A stretch of 64,000 nucleotides of DNA from NCBI RefSeq assembly GCF_000737315.1, contig NZ_JMCB01000019.1, positions 62,001 through 126,000 of the forward strand, given 5' to 3'. Shown here one piece after another: positions 47,225 through 57,500 of the stretch; the first letter of the stretch is position 1; every line of letters begins with the position of its first letter. Source of the stretch: Hyalangium minutum. Its GTDB lineage: Bacteria > Myxococcota > Myxococcia > Myxococcales > Myxococcaceae. Position numbers and translations under genes: made by a program. The notes under the pieces are model-generated. The model was not told the origin of the DNA, ran no database searches, and was given only the letters and a program-made list of their open reading frames with translations.

Positions 47225-47860
47225 TTACTTGGTCGGCTTGGCGACCGGGGCCACGGCCGGGGCGGCGTCCTTCTTCACGAGCTCCAGCTCGATGCCGATG
47301 TTCACGTCGTCACCCACCAGCACGCCGCCCGTCTCCAGGCTCTTGTTCCAGTTCAGGCCGAAGTCCTTGCGGTTGACCTTGGTGGTCGCCGTCAGGCCGG
47401 AGATAGAGGCGCCGGAGAACGGGTTCTTGCTCTCCTTGAAGCTGGCGTCCACGTCCAGCACGGTCTCCTTGGTGATGCCGTGCATGGTCAGGTCGCCGGT
47501 GACCTTGTACTTGCCCTCGCCGGCCTTCTCGACCTTCTTGGACTTGAAGGTGATGGCCGGGAACTTCGCCACGTCAAAGAAGTCCGGGCTCTTCAGGTGG
47601 TTATCGCGCGGCTCGTTGCGCGTGTCGATGGTGGACGCGTCGATGCTGGCGTTGACGGAGGACTTGGAGGGGTCCTTCTCGTCGAACGTCACCGTGCCGG
47701 TGACCTTGCTGAACTCACCCTTCACGTTGGTCACCATCATGTGCTTCACGGTGAAGTTGGCGCTCGAGTGGCCCGGATCAATCTCCCAGTTGGCGGCCAG
47801 GGCGAGCGAGGGAACAACGAAGGCGGCAGCGGCGACGACAGACTGGATCAGGTTCTTCAT
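47225..47860 (-). CDS. yceI: YceI family lipid/polyisoprenoid-binding periplasmic protein
   Basis: Signal peptide, WEIDPGHS..F.VKHM, RDNHLKSPDFFDV.KFP.ITF, GDLTMHG.TK, RKDFGL.W. Confidence 0.93.
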   Translation of the reverse strand: MKNLIQSVVAAAAFVVPSLALAANWEIDPGHSSANFTVKHMMVTNVKGEFSKVTGTVTFDEKDPSKSSVNASIDASTIDTRNEPRDNHLKSPDFFDVAKFPAITFKSKKVEKAGEGKYKVTGDLTMHGITKETVLDVDASFKESKNPFSGASISGLTATTKVNRKDFGLNWNKSLETGGVLVGDDVNIGIELELVKKDAAPAVAPVAKPTK

Positions 47861-47879
47861 GACTTCCTCTGACTAGGGT

Positions 47880-48764
47880 TCAGCTGTGCAGCGCGAAGCT
47901 GCGCATGGACAGCGTTCCGTGATGAAAGCCCTCGAATACGGGGGTAACCCGGTCCTCGGCGAGGGCAGCGCCCAGGACGAAATACAGCGGAAACAAGTGC
48001 TCGGTGCTTGGATGCGCCAGGCGCGCATTCGGTGCGGTGGACCAAGCACGAAGGCCGGTGAAGTCCCGAGACGACAGCCCCTGCGCCACCCAGCCATCGA
48101 AGGCCTGGGCCCAGGGCTCGGCGGGGGCGTACTTGTCCTGGAACACCACGCGGCGGAGGTTGTGGGTGATGCCACCGCTGCCCATGAGCATGACGCCCTG
48201 GGAGCGCAGCGGGCGCAGCGCCTCGCCCATGCGCGCCACGTCCTCGGCCGTGGCACCGCGAGGCATGGACAACTGCACCACCGGAAGCCGCGCCGCCGGC
48301 AGCGCCAGCCGCAGCGGCACCCACGTGCCGTGGTCCAGCCCGCGCGCAGGATCCTCCACCGCCGGAAAGCCCGCGGACACCAGCCGGGAGGCCACCTCGC
48401 GCGCGAGCACGGGCTCGCCGGGGCACGGGTAGGTCAGCTGGTAGAGGGGCTCGGGGAAGCCACCGAAGTCATAGATGAGCGGCGGGGCCTCGCTCGCGGT
48501 GACGCGCACACCGCCCGCCGTCTCCCAGTGCGCGGAGACGACCACGAGGGCCCGCACCTCCTGGAGCCCGTCGGCGAAGGACTTCAGCGCCTGGGGGTAG
48601 GCGTCCGAGTCGAGCGCCACCATGGGCGAGCCATGCGAGACGAAGAACGCCGGGGCCACGGAGCGACCTGCCACCTTCTTGCCTCCTGCGGCCTCCGCGA
48701 CACCCGCCACGCCCACAGCGGCGGCGGCCTGCAGAACCTCGCGTCTATGGAGTTCGGAGCTCAC
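47880..48764 (-). CDS. DODA/YgiD-type extradiol ring-cleavage dioxygenase (LigB-like)
   Basis: FVSHGSP, VSAHW, YDFGGFP..LY.L.YP, LDHG.WVPL, GSGGITHNL, AHPSTEHLFPL. The start is either GTG 48764 or a later GTG (VAGRS) behind AGGAGG. Confidence 0.92.
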   Translation of the reverse strand: MSSELHRREVLQAAAAVGVAGVAEAAGGKKVAGRSVAPAFFVSHGSPMVALDSDAYPQALKSFADGLQEVRALVVVSAHWETAGGVRVTASEAPPLIYDFGGFPEPLYQLTYPCPGEPVLAREVASRLVSAGFPAVEDPARGLDHGTWVPLRLALPAARLPVVQLSMPRGATAEDVARMGEALRPLRSQGVMLMGSGGITHNLRRVVFQDKYAPAEPWAQAFDGWVAQGLSSRDFTGLRAWSTAPNARLAHPSTEHLFPLYFVLGAALAEDRVTPVFEGFHHGTLSMRSFALHS

Positions 48765-48778
48765 GAGAGAGGCTCCAT

Positions 48779-48794
48779 AGCAACCCTCGCGCCA
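48779..48794 (-). promoter_or_regulatory. Sigma54 -24/-12 promoter for the dioxygenase-yceI operon
   Basis: Minus strand TGGCGCGAGGGTTGCT, exact GG-N10-GC. Divergent from a sigma54 activator. Confidence 0.8.
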
Positions 48795-48906
48795 GGCTTC
48801 CAGACACTCCAAGTCCTTGAATTCTCTTGCAGGAGAACTTGACGGCATGCGAGGAGGCTCTCAGATTGATAGTGTTCTGCATCGTTCTGGAAGGAGCCAA
48901 GGGCCC

Positions 48907-50547
48907 ATGGCCGAGGGACTGCAGCTGGACTTACGGGAGTTGCTGAGCTTCGAGCCGGAGGGTGGGCTCATCCACTTTGCCGGGCAGCGAGCGCTGCTGA
49001 TGGACGCGGTGGTGTTGGGGCTGCTGCGCAAGGAGCTGATTGGGACGGTGGGGATGACGGCGGCGCGGGGGATTCTCACGCGGCTGGGCTTCGCTCACGG
49101 GTGGCGCACGGCGGAGGCGATGAAGACGGCGTTCCCGTGGCCGAACGAGGCGTCATGGAGGCGGGCGGGCGGCCGGCTGCACACCCTGCAAGGGCAGGTG
49201 CTCTTCGAGCCGGTGGAGCGCAGGCCGGAGGACGGGCCGGAACCGTTCGCGGAAGCGCTGTGGCGCGAGTCGTACGAGGCCGAGCAGCACCTGCTGCACG
49301 TGGGGCGAGCGGATCAGCCGGTGTGCTGGAGCCTGACGGGATTTGCCAGCGGGTACATGAGCTACTGCCACGGCAAGGCCATCTACTGCCTGGAGACGAA
49401 GTGCGTGGGGAAGGGAGACGCGGTGTGCCAGATCCTCGGCAAGCCGGGCGAGGAGTGGGGGCCGGAGTGCGTGGAGGCGCTGCGCTTCTACGAGACGCAG
49501 TGCATGGAGGGCACGCTGGGGCAGGTGACGGAGGCGCTCAAGCAGGCGGAGCAGAAGCTGCGGGTGAAGCGGCGGACGCTGGCGCGGGTGACAGGGGATA
49601 CGGAGGACCCGTCGGGGATGGTGTCTCGGACGGAGGAGATGAAGCGGGTGCTGGGGCTGGCGCGGCGGGCGGCGAAGGTGGACTCGACGGTGCTGATTAC
49701 CGGCGAGAGCGGCGTGGGCAAGGAGCGGATTGCGCGGCTCATCCATGATGAGTCGGGCCGGGCGCCCAAGGCCTTCGTGGCGGTGAACTGCGCGGCGGTG
49801 ACGGAGAGCCTGCTGGAGAGCGAGCTGTTCGGACACACGAAGGGCGCGTTCACGGGGGCGACGCACGATCGGCCGGGCCTGTTCGAGGCGGCGAGCGGCG
49901 GCACGTTGTTCCTGGACGAGGTGGGCGAGGTGCCTCCGGCGATGCAGGCCAAGCTGCTGCGGGCGCTGCAGGAGAAGGAGGTGCGGCGGGTGGGCGAGAA
50001 CCAGAGCCGCAAGGTGGACGTGCGGGTGGTGGCGGCGACGAACCGGCACCTGCTGGAGGAGGTGAACGCGGGACGGTTCCGGCAGGATCTGTACTACCGG
50101 CTGCGGGTCATCGAGCTGCGCATCCCTCCGCTGCGCGAGCGGCGCGATGACATCCTCCCGCTGGCGCGGCTGCTGCTGGCGGAGGCGACAGAGCGGCTGG
50201 GGCGGCGGGTGTCCTCATTCTCGCCGCAGGCGACGGACCAGCTGTTGCGCTACCCCTGGCCAGGAAACGTGCGCGAGCTGGGGAACGCCATCGAGCGCGC
50301 GGTGGCGCTGTGCGAAGGCGCACGGGTGGAGCAGGAAGACTTGCCCGAGGAGGTGCGCGCGGCGCCGCCCACGTTCTTGCCAGGGGCCACACCCCGGACG
50401 TTGGAGGACATGGAGCGCGAGTACATCCTCGCGGTGTTGGCGCGGAACGACGGCAACCGCTCGCGCACGGCGGAGCAGTTGGACATCGGTCTCGCGACGC
50501 TCTACCGCAAGCTCAAGCAGTACGGGCACCCAGAGGCACCGAACTGA
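48907..50547 (+). CDS. XylR/DmpR-type sigma54 activator (XylR_N-V4R-AAA+-Fis HTH)
   Basis: [16 protein letters not shown]4R Cys cluster, [55 protein letters not shown]. Confidence 0.95.
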   Translation: MAEGLQLDLRELLSFEPEGGLIHFAGQRALLMDAVVLGLLRKELIGTVGMTAARGILTRLGFAHGWRTAEAMKTAFPWPNEASWRRAGGRLHTLQGQVLFEPVERRPEDGPEPFAEALWRESYEAEQHLLHVGRADQPVCWSLTGFASGYMSYCHGKAIYCLETKCVGKGDAVCQILGKPGEEWGPECVEALRFYETQCMEGTLGQVTEALKQAEQKLRVKRRTLARVTGDTEDPSGMVSRTEEMKRVLGLARRAAKVDSTVLITGESGVGKERIARLIHDESGRAPKAFVAVNCAAVTESLLESELFGHTKGAFTGATHDRPGLFEAASGGTLFLDEVGEVPPAMQAKLLRALQEKEVRRVGENQSRKVDVRVVAATNRHLLEEVNAGRFRQDLYYRLRVIELRIPPLRERRDDILPLARLLLAEATERLGRRVSSFSPQATDQLLRYPWPGNVRELGNAIERAVALCEGARVEQEDLPEEVRAAPPTFLPGATPRTLEDMEREYILAVLARNDGNRSRTAEQLDIGLATLYRKLKQYGHPEAPN

Positions 50548-50580
50548 GCCTGGAGACTCTGTCCCCAGGCGCCCACTCGC

Positions 50581-51318
50581 TCAGTTGAGGTACCGGTCGT
50601 CGCTCGGCCGGTCATGGGAGACAACGCGCAGGTTGCGCGCCCGGCCCCTCAGCTGGCGCTGCAGCCGCCAGTGCTGGAAGTGCAGCCACAGCCGCCGCGG
50701 GTTCGCTCCCTTCATGTAGATGAACACGAACAGCAACCCCAGCACATCCGGGAGCTGGCCCAGAAATCCGAGGAAGAGGTTCCCCGCCGTCAGGATCCCC
50801 AGCAACACGAACCCCGCGCCAATCCCCGCGAACGCGTTGCCCGACAGCGGAATCCCCCAGAAGTTCGTCTGCCCCCGCCCAATCGTCAGCCCGTACGCCA
50901 CCCAGAGGATGGACGCCATGACCGTCCCGCCCGCGTACAGCGGCGTTCCACTCAGAATCAGCGGAATGATCAGCGACGTGGCGAGGCCCGCCAGCACCGT
51001 GCAGCCCAGCGTCACCAGCAGCATTCGCCGCGCGCCCCATACCCCCTCGAGCCAGCCGCCAATGCTCCAGATGATGATGGCCCCGAAGATGATGCCCAGC
51101 GGGCTCATCTCGATGAACGCGTACGAGAACGGCTGCCAGAGGTAGCTGCCCAGCGTCCCTGGGGTGAGCAGCAGCAGCCCACCGCCGGTGCTCTTGGTCA
51201 GCAGGAACAGCACCGAGCCCGCCACCAAGCCCACCGCCAGCTTGGCCGACATGGACTCCAGGCCCGGGAAGCCTCCCCCGAACCCTCCGCCAAACCTGCT
51301 GCCGCGCATCGGTCGCAT
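50581..51318 (-). CDS. Rhomboid-like membrane protein (probably a pseudoprotease)
   Basis: WQPFSY.F, G..LE..WG.RR and about 6 TMs. No GxSG catalytic motif seen (AGGT instead). Confidence 0.75.
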   Translation of the reverse strand: MRPMRGSRFGGGFGGGFPGLESMSAKLAVGLVAGSVLFLLTKSTGGGLLLLTPGTLGSYLWQPFSYAFIEMSPLGIIFGAIIIWSIGGWLEGVWGARRMLLVTLGCTVLAGLATSLIIPLILSGTPLYAGGTVMASILWVAYGLTIGRGQTNFWGIPLSGNAFAGIGAGFVLLGILTAGNLFLGFLGQLPDVLGLLFVFIYMKGANPRRLWLHFQHWRLQRQLRGRARNLRVVSHDRPSDDRYLN

Positions 51319-51487
51319 CCACACTCCTCCGCGCTCGAACCGCCGAGCCGTCCAAAGGTGGTGGAAGACCCGCCACTTCGCAACCACTTCGTCATCCAGT
51401 GGCCGCTTTCAACGAAGAAGGGCGCCCATCCCCTCTGTGGGGAGAGCGCCCTCCAAGTGTCTCCTGCTTGTCAGCTGACCCGCCGGC

Positions 51488-51682
51488 TCAGCTCTTCACA
51501 CGGTAGAACAGTGTGATCGTCAAGCAGTGGAACTCTTTGTCCGAGGACTGCGTCACCACCTTGTCCACCACCTCGAAGTTGGAGTTTTCCTTCAGCCACT
51601 TCGTGATGTTCTCACCCATGTTCTCGCGGTCGCGCGCGAGCGTGGTGGAGAACACCCTCACTCCCGTGAAGTTAACGGCCAT
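51488..51682 (-). CDS. Small hypothetical protein (64 aa)
   Basis: MAVNFTGVRVFSTTLARDRENMGENITKWL..VTQSSD.EFHCLTITLFY. Strong C/G third-position bias. Confidence 0.75.
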   Translation of the reverse strand: MAVNFTGVRVFSTTLARDRENMGENITKWLKENSNFEVVDKVVTQSSDKEFHCLTITLFYRVKS

Positions 51683-51769
51683 CACCGACCCTCGTTGAAA
51701 ACCAGAGATTCCGCAGGTTTACCCTGAGTCCAGGCGCCCCGCAAGAAAGGGCGTGGGAAATTTGCCCTG

Positions 51770-51803
51770 CCCTGTCCCCTCGAGGGTTCCCGAGAGGACA
51801 GGG
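51770..51803 (-). terminator. Hairpin downstream of the 71-aa gene
   Basis: CCCTGTCC-C-CTCG ... CGAG-A-GGACAGGG stem. Confidence 0.45.
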
Positions 51804-51810
51804 GTTGGCT

Positions 51811-52026
51811 TCAACGGCCCGTGGCCGCGCGGCGCTGCTGGCAGGAGACCTCGTCCTTGCACGAGGGCCCGATGCCGTCCGGGTGGGGCCCCAGCGGCGT
51901 CTTGTCGCTCTCCTCCACGCCACACACCACACACTTGCGCTTGCGGTTGCGGCGCTCGGCCCGGCGCTGCTCGGCGATCTGCTTGGCCCGCTCGCGAGCC
52001 GTCTTCGCGTCCACCTCGTTGCTCAT
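51811..52026 (-). CDS. Small basic protein with four Cys (possible zinc finger)
   Basis: Arg-rich helix, then CVVC...SCKDEVSC. Confidence 0.7.
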   Translation of the reverse strand: MSNEVDAKTARERAKQIAEQRRAERRNRKRKCVVCGVEESDKTPLGPHPDGIGPSCKDEVSCQQRRAATGR

Positions 52027-52053
52027 CTCAAATCCCGGTAGGAAGTCCGTTGC

Positions 52054-53250
52054 TCAGAGCGCCTCGACCAGGACCGCGATCCCCTGGCCGCCGCCGATGC
52101 ACGCCGATCCGATACCATACCGGGCACCCCGGCGCTTCAGTTCATAAATGAGGCTCATGGTGATGCGCGCCCCCGAGGCGCCCAGCGGGTGGCCCACCGC
52201 GATGGCCCCACCGTTGACGTTGGTGCGCTCGCGTGGCAGCCCCAGCTCCTTCTCCACCGCCAGGTACTGCGGCGCGAAGGCCTCGTTTACCTCGAACAGC
52301 TCCACGTCGCCCAGCTTGATCTCGGCGCGCTCCAGCAGCCGCCGGATGGCCGGCGCCGGGCCAATGCCCATCACCTTGGGATCGCACCCGGAGATGCCCC
52401 AGTTCACCAGCCGCCCGATGGGCTTCAAGCCGTGCTTGTCCACGAAGGAGCGCGTGGCCATCACCATGGAGCCCGCGCCGTCGCAGATGCCACTGGCCGC
52501 GCCCGCGTGCACCACGCCGTCCTTCTTGAACACCTTGGGCAGCTTCTTCAGCCCCTCCACCGTGGTCTCCGGGCGGTTGTGCTCATCCTTCGCGAACACC
52601 GTGTCGCCCTTCTTGCCCTTCAACGTGACGGACGAAATCTCATCCTGCAGCCGGCCCGCCTCCTGCGCGGCGGCGAAGCGCTTCTGCGTGAGCACCGCGT
52701 ACTCGTCCACCTGCTCCTGGGTGAGCCCGTAGTCCACCGCGAGCTGCTCGGCCGTCAGCGCCATGGCCTGGCCCGTGTAGCTGTCCGTCAGGGCGCTCCA
52801 CAGCATGTCCTCCAGCCCGCCCTTGCCCAGCGGAATGCCCCAGCGCGCGCCGCGGATGACGTGGGGCGCCTGGCTCATGGACTCGGTGCCGCCGGCCAGC
52901 ACACACGAGGCCTGCTCGGTGAGCATCTGCTCCGCCGCCGTGACGAACGCCTGGAAGCCCGAGCCGCACAGCCGGTTCACGCCCAGCGCCGGCACCGGAA
53001 TGGGCACGCCCGTGCGCAGGCCCACGTGCCGAGGCAGGTAGATGGCGTCCGAGCTCGTCTGCACGACGTTGCCGTACACCACGTGCTGGATCTGCTCGGG
53101 GGACACCTTGGCCTGGGCCAGCGCCGCCTTCGCGGACTCCACCGCCAGCTCCGTGGCGCTCACGTCCTTGAGGGCTCCTCCGTACGTGCCGAACGGGGTG
53201 CGCTTACCGGACAGAAAGTAGATCTCTTCGCTCTTCGAAACGCTCTTCAT
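52054..53250 (-). CDS. Acetyl-CoA C-acyltransferase (thiolase)
   Basis: RTPFG, NRLCGSG, GGTESMS, EVNEAFA, GHPLGASG, CIGGGQG. Confidence 0.95.
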   Translation of the reverse strand: MKSVSKSEEIYFLSGKRTPFGTYGGALKDVSATELAVESAKAALAQAKVSPEQIQHVVYGNVVQTSSDAIYLPRHVGLRTGVPIPVPALGVNRLCGSGFQAFVTAAEQMLTEQASCVLAGGTESMSQAPHVIRGARWGIPLGKGGLEDMLWSALTDSYTGQAMALTAEQLAVDYGLTQEQVDEYAVLTQKRFAAAQEAGRLQDEISSVTLKGKKGDTVFAKDEHNRPETTVEGLKKLPKVFKKDGVVHAGAASGICDGAGSMVMATRSFVDKHGLKPIGRLVNWGISGCDPKVMGIGPAPAIRRLLERAEIKLGDVELFEVNEAFAPQYLAVEKELGLPRERTNVNGGAIAVGHPLGASGARITMSLIYELKRRGARYGIGSACIGGGQGIAVLVEAL

Positions 53251-53308
53251 GCGTGCGCTGCTCCTCAGGCCTGGGCCTCAGGCTCCTTAACGAAACCGCC
53301 CCGCCCCT

Positions 53309-53956
53309 TCAACGGCCACGCCCACCCAGGAAGGCGCTGGCGACAATCGCGAGCGCCGCCACCGTCCACAACAACCCCGTGAGGTTCTGCCGGCGGATCT
53401 CCTTCTGCCCGAGCCCTCGGTACCATGAACGCCCGGCCTCCACCCGGCCTTCCCAGGTGAAGTCCCCTGTGGGACTCACACCTTCCAGGCGCTTGAGGTG
53501 GGCGCGGAAGAGCCGCTCGGGGGTGGCCTCCTCCAAGCCCCCCGAGCGGTACTTCCCGGGAATGTCCAGCGCCGGACGCCGATAGCCCGCGGTGATGACG
53601 AAGCCCTCGGGCGCCAGCGGCGTGAGGAAGTAGAGGCGCGGGGTGCCCTGCGCCCCCTCGTGGAGCGTGGCGAAGACGCGCTCACCGGGGTGGGCATAGT
53701 CATAGGAGAGCGCGGCCCGGCGCAGAGGCGTCTTCTCCTCGTGGCTGCCCAGCGCAACGAAGCCCAGCGCCTTCAGCTGCGCCTCCAGCGGGGCCAGCAC
53801 CTCCGGCAGGTTCATCTGATCCCCGGGCGCATCCGGCTCCACGCGCACTCGAGAGGGAAAGAGGAACAGGGTGGCACGCCACAGGTTGAGCACCAGGAGC
53901 GTCACGGCGAGCCCCAGGCCCGCAAGCGCGGTGGCCAGCTGGGCAAGGACGTTCAT
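53309..53956 (-). CDS. Hypothetical membrane protein (N- and C-terminal TM)
   Basis: 215 aa, two hydrophobic termini, myxobacterial codon pattern. Confidence 0.7.
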   Translation of the reverse strand: MNVLAQLATALAGLGLAVTLLVLNLWRATLFLFPSRVRVEPDAPGDQMNLPEVLAPLEAQLKALGFVALGSHEEKTPLRRAALSYDYAHPGERVFATLHEGAQGTPRLYFLTPLAPEGFVITAGYRRPALDIPGKYRSGGLEEATPERLFRAHLKRLEGVSPTGDFTWEGRVEAGRSWYRGLGQKEIRRQNLTGLLWTVAALAIVASAFLGGRGR

Positions 53957-54098
53957 GGGCGGGCTCCGGGGGGCGAGGCCATCCCTCGCACCGTAGCCAC
54001 GAGGGGCCGCCGCCGTCCATGACTGGACGCCCCCTCACCTGCCCCTCAGGCCGGGCTGCAATTCGCGCGCAGGCCATGTATGACGCCGGGCCCTCGAC

Positions 54099-54566
54099 GT
54101 GCGCCATGCCTCACCTCATCGCCTCCTCTCCTTCGAAAAGCCTCCGTCCGTGACCCATCGCTCCCCTCCCTCCGAGCCCCTCGTGCTCCGCAAGGGCGAG
54201 CTCGAGTTCCGCGCCTCCCCGCCGGAGTTGGAGGTCCAGGTGTGGGACTACCACGCGGACCCTGTGCACCTGTCCGCGCAGGACCTCGCTCAGCTGGGCC
54301 TCATCGCCACCGAGCAGCGAGGGACCCTTCCCCGCAGCCTCGTGGGCCCCTGGCGCGAAGCCCTCCGGCAGGGCGTCGCGGGCCGGGATCACCCCGCTCC
54401 CTCGCTCAGCGACGAGACCAGTTCGCGGGCCCTGCACCTGGGCGGCCTCGCCTTCCTCCCTGTCGTCGAGGGGCTGGACGTGTACGTGATCAGCTACGAC
54501 TCGGTGCCAGCGCGGCTGGGGCTCCACCACCTGACCCGGCTCGGCCTGCGCTACCGGGACGCCTGA
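54099..54566 (+). CDS. Hypothetical protein with an internal repeat
   Basis: LEVQVWDYHADPVHL..DLAQLGL versus LDVYVISYDSVPARL..HLTRLGL. The start may be GTG 54150. Confidence 0.6.
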   Translation: MRHASPHRLLSFEKPPSVTHRSPPSEPLVLRKGELEFRASPPELEVQVWDYHADPVHLSAQDLAQLGLIATEQRGTLPRSLVGPWREALRQGVAGRDHPAPSLSDETSSRALHLGGLAFLPVVEGLDVYVISYDSVPARLGLHHLTRLGLRYRDA

Positions 54567-54588
54567 CAGCAGAGGGCGGTGAGCGCCC

Positions 54589-57500
54589 CTACCCCGTCTT
54601 CAGCCCCAGCTGGCTCAGCACGTCCTCGCGCAGGGTCGCCACCCGCGTCAGCCAGAAGGGTGAGCGCGCCGCCTGAAAGGCCTTCTCCGCCGCATCCAGC
54701 GCGCGGGAGGCCTCGAGCGAGGAGCGCGCGAACCACAGCTCCGCCAGCGCGAAGTGCACCAGCCCGACCTGCAGCACGTTGCGCGTCTCCTCCGCCCGCG
54801 CGAGCGCCTGCGCCAAGTGGGCCAGGCCCTCGTCCACCGGCACCAGCGGCGCCAGCGCCCGGCGAGCGAGGATTTCATCGAAGGGGTTCTCCAGCACCGG
54901 ATCCAACGCCCGAGTCAGCGCGGCCTCGGCGGCTTCCCGGGCGACGGCCTCGTTCCCCTGCGAGCGCTCGAAACGGGACTGGTAGACGCGCACCAGCGTC
55001 TCCATGCGGAACTCGTCCGTGCGCGCCACCTCCAGCGCTCGCGGGAGTGACTCGCGCGCGGCGGCCACGTCGTTGGCCAGCACGTCCCGGCACGCCTGGT
55101 ACACCTGCACGTAGCGCTGCAGCCACAAGTCCCCGGGCAGCACCTCGGCCAGCGTCTGCCCGCGGGCCAGCACCGCCTCCACCTGCTCCAGCTCGCCACG
55201 CTCCAGGTAGTACGGAGGCGTGTAGATGGCGAGGTTGCGCTCGGGCAGGCGCGGGTTGCCCAGGCGGCGGATCAGCTCCTGCTTCTCGATGAGCACGGGG
55301 ATGAGCGCCACCGCGTCGCCCGTGAAGGAGGCGCGGACGATCTGCGTGAACAGGTGGTAGATGCGGATGTCCGTGAAGCCGAACGTCTCCGCCACCTCGA
55401 ACCCGTCGCGGGTGGCGTCCGCGTCCAGCGGCTCGCCACGCAGGCCCCGGAGCATGTTGAGGAAATAGCACCCCATGCCCAACGCCCAGGCCAGCCGGGG
55501 CGAGGGCCGCTCCACCGAGGCCCGGAACGCACGCAGCCGCTCCACCTGCTCGCGCTGGGCCTTGAGCACGCCCGCGAAGTGCCCGGTGTGCGAGCTGAGC
55601 GCGCCCCGCCCGATGAACACGCCGGCCCGGAAGGGCGAGTCCACCGGGTGCTCGCGCTCCACGCGCTCCAGCAGCAGCTGGAAGTCCCCAGTGCGGCCCA
55701 TGATGGCCATGGCGATGCCTTGCAGAATCTGCAGCTCCGCCTTCTTCCAGAACACCTCCACCGGCGTCATGTGCGCGGAGATGGGAATCTCGCGGAACAC
55801 CTGGCGCAGGGCCTCGGCGTGCTCGGCGGGAGGCGCGGTGCGCGCCGCGTCCAGCTGCTCGAGCGCCTCCTGGCGGCCCGCCTCCAGGTCCACCGTGTCC
55901 GCCCAGTGCTGAAAGAGCTTATGCGCGTACACCAGCGCGGTGGGTGGATCGCTCGTGTAGCCCACCTCGATGAGCGTGGCCCACGTGCGGATGATCTGCC
56001 CCACTCGCTCAGGGGTGCGCGGCTCCTGCTCCAGCAGCTCCGCCGCCTCCTTCAACAGGAGCGTGGCATCCAGCAGCGCCTGCGAGCCGATGGCCGCCTG
56101 CCCCGCGCGCATCAGCGGCTCGATGGCGCGCCGAGGCTGCGTGGAGCGGGCGAAGTGGTAGCCCACCATCCGGTCCATGTTCGGGTTGTCGTGCCGGAAG
56201 CCCTGGAGCACCTCGGCCACGCGCCCGTGGTACGCGCGGCGCATCTGCTCTGGGGTGCTGTCGTAGATGGCCTGGTGGACGGTGTCGTGGGTGAAGACGT
56301 AGCGGCCTTCGATGAGCTGGAGGAACTGCCGCGCGACGATGTCGTCCAGCGCCTGGAACAGATCCACCTCGATCATGCCCGCCAGCGCGCGGACCATGGG
56401 CAGCTCCAGGCTGCGGCCCGCGGGAGCCAGCCGGCGCAGCAGCGACACCCGGTCCGGCGGGGCCGCCTTGAGCCGGGCCAGCACGGTGTCCTCGATGGTC
56501 ACGGGCAGCTTGCGCTTGGCCAGGTTCCCATCGGCCATCCACCGGCCGCCCAAGCGGCGCAGGGCGCCCTCCTCCACCAGAGCGCGCAGGCACTCGGTGG
56601 CGAAGAAGGCGTTGCCCTCGGTGATGGAGTGCAGGCCGGTGACGAAGCCCTCGGGGACCTGCAGGCCGGGGAGCGCCAGCTGCACCAGCGTCTGCACGTG
56701 CTCGGAGGTGAGTGGGGCCAGGTCCATGCGGTGGGACAGACCCTCGTCCACCGTCTGGAAGGCGAGGCTCAGCCGGCTCAGCGCGTCCGAGCGATACGAG
56801 CCGACCACCATGCCGCGCGAGCGGGACAGGGCGCGGATGATGACGTTGAGCACCTCGAGCGAGGAGGAGTCCGCCCACTGCAGATCCTCGAAGCACAGGA
56901 CGAAGGTGTGGCGATCGGCCAGAGCCTGGAGCCACTCGGTGAGCGCGCCGAAGATGGCGATGCGCTCGGCGCCCGCGTCCGAGAAGGTGGGCACCGGCGC
57001 CGTCTTCGAGGACAGGGCGGGCACCAGGCGGCCCAGCAGGGGCGCCACGCGCTCGGCCAGCTCGGGGGGCGTCAGCGGCACGAGGCTGCGCAGGGCCTGG
57101 GTGAGCGGGGCCAGCGGGGCGAGGCCCTCGGCGCGGCACTGGCCCATGCCGAAGACGATCTCCGCCAGCTTGGCCTGCAGCTCGAACTCCTGGAGCAGCC
57201 GGGACTTGCCCACGCCGGCGGGGGCGCCGATGAGCACCGCCTGGGACTGGCCCCAGTCCGCCTCGGCCAGCGAGTTCATCAGATGCTCCAGCTCCGCCTC
57301 GCGGCCTACCACCTCGGGCACGTGGAGGTAGCTGGCGCGCGCGGACAGGGGCTCCTCGGGCAGCGGCTCGCCGCTGGCCTGGCAGAGCGCCTCGAGCAGC
57401 TCGCCCGCGTTCTGGTACCTGTCGCGCGGGTCCTTGGCCATCAGCAGGAGGATGATCTCCTCTAGCGCCGGATCCACGGGGCAGATGGTGGAGGGCTTGG

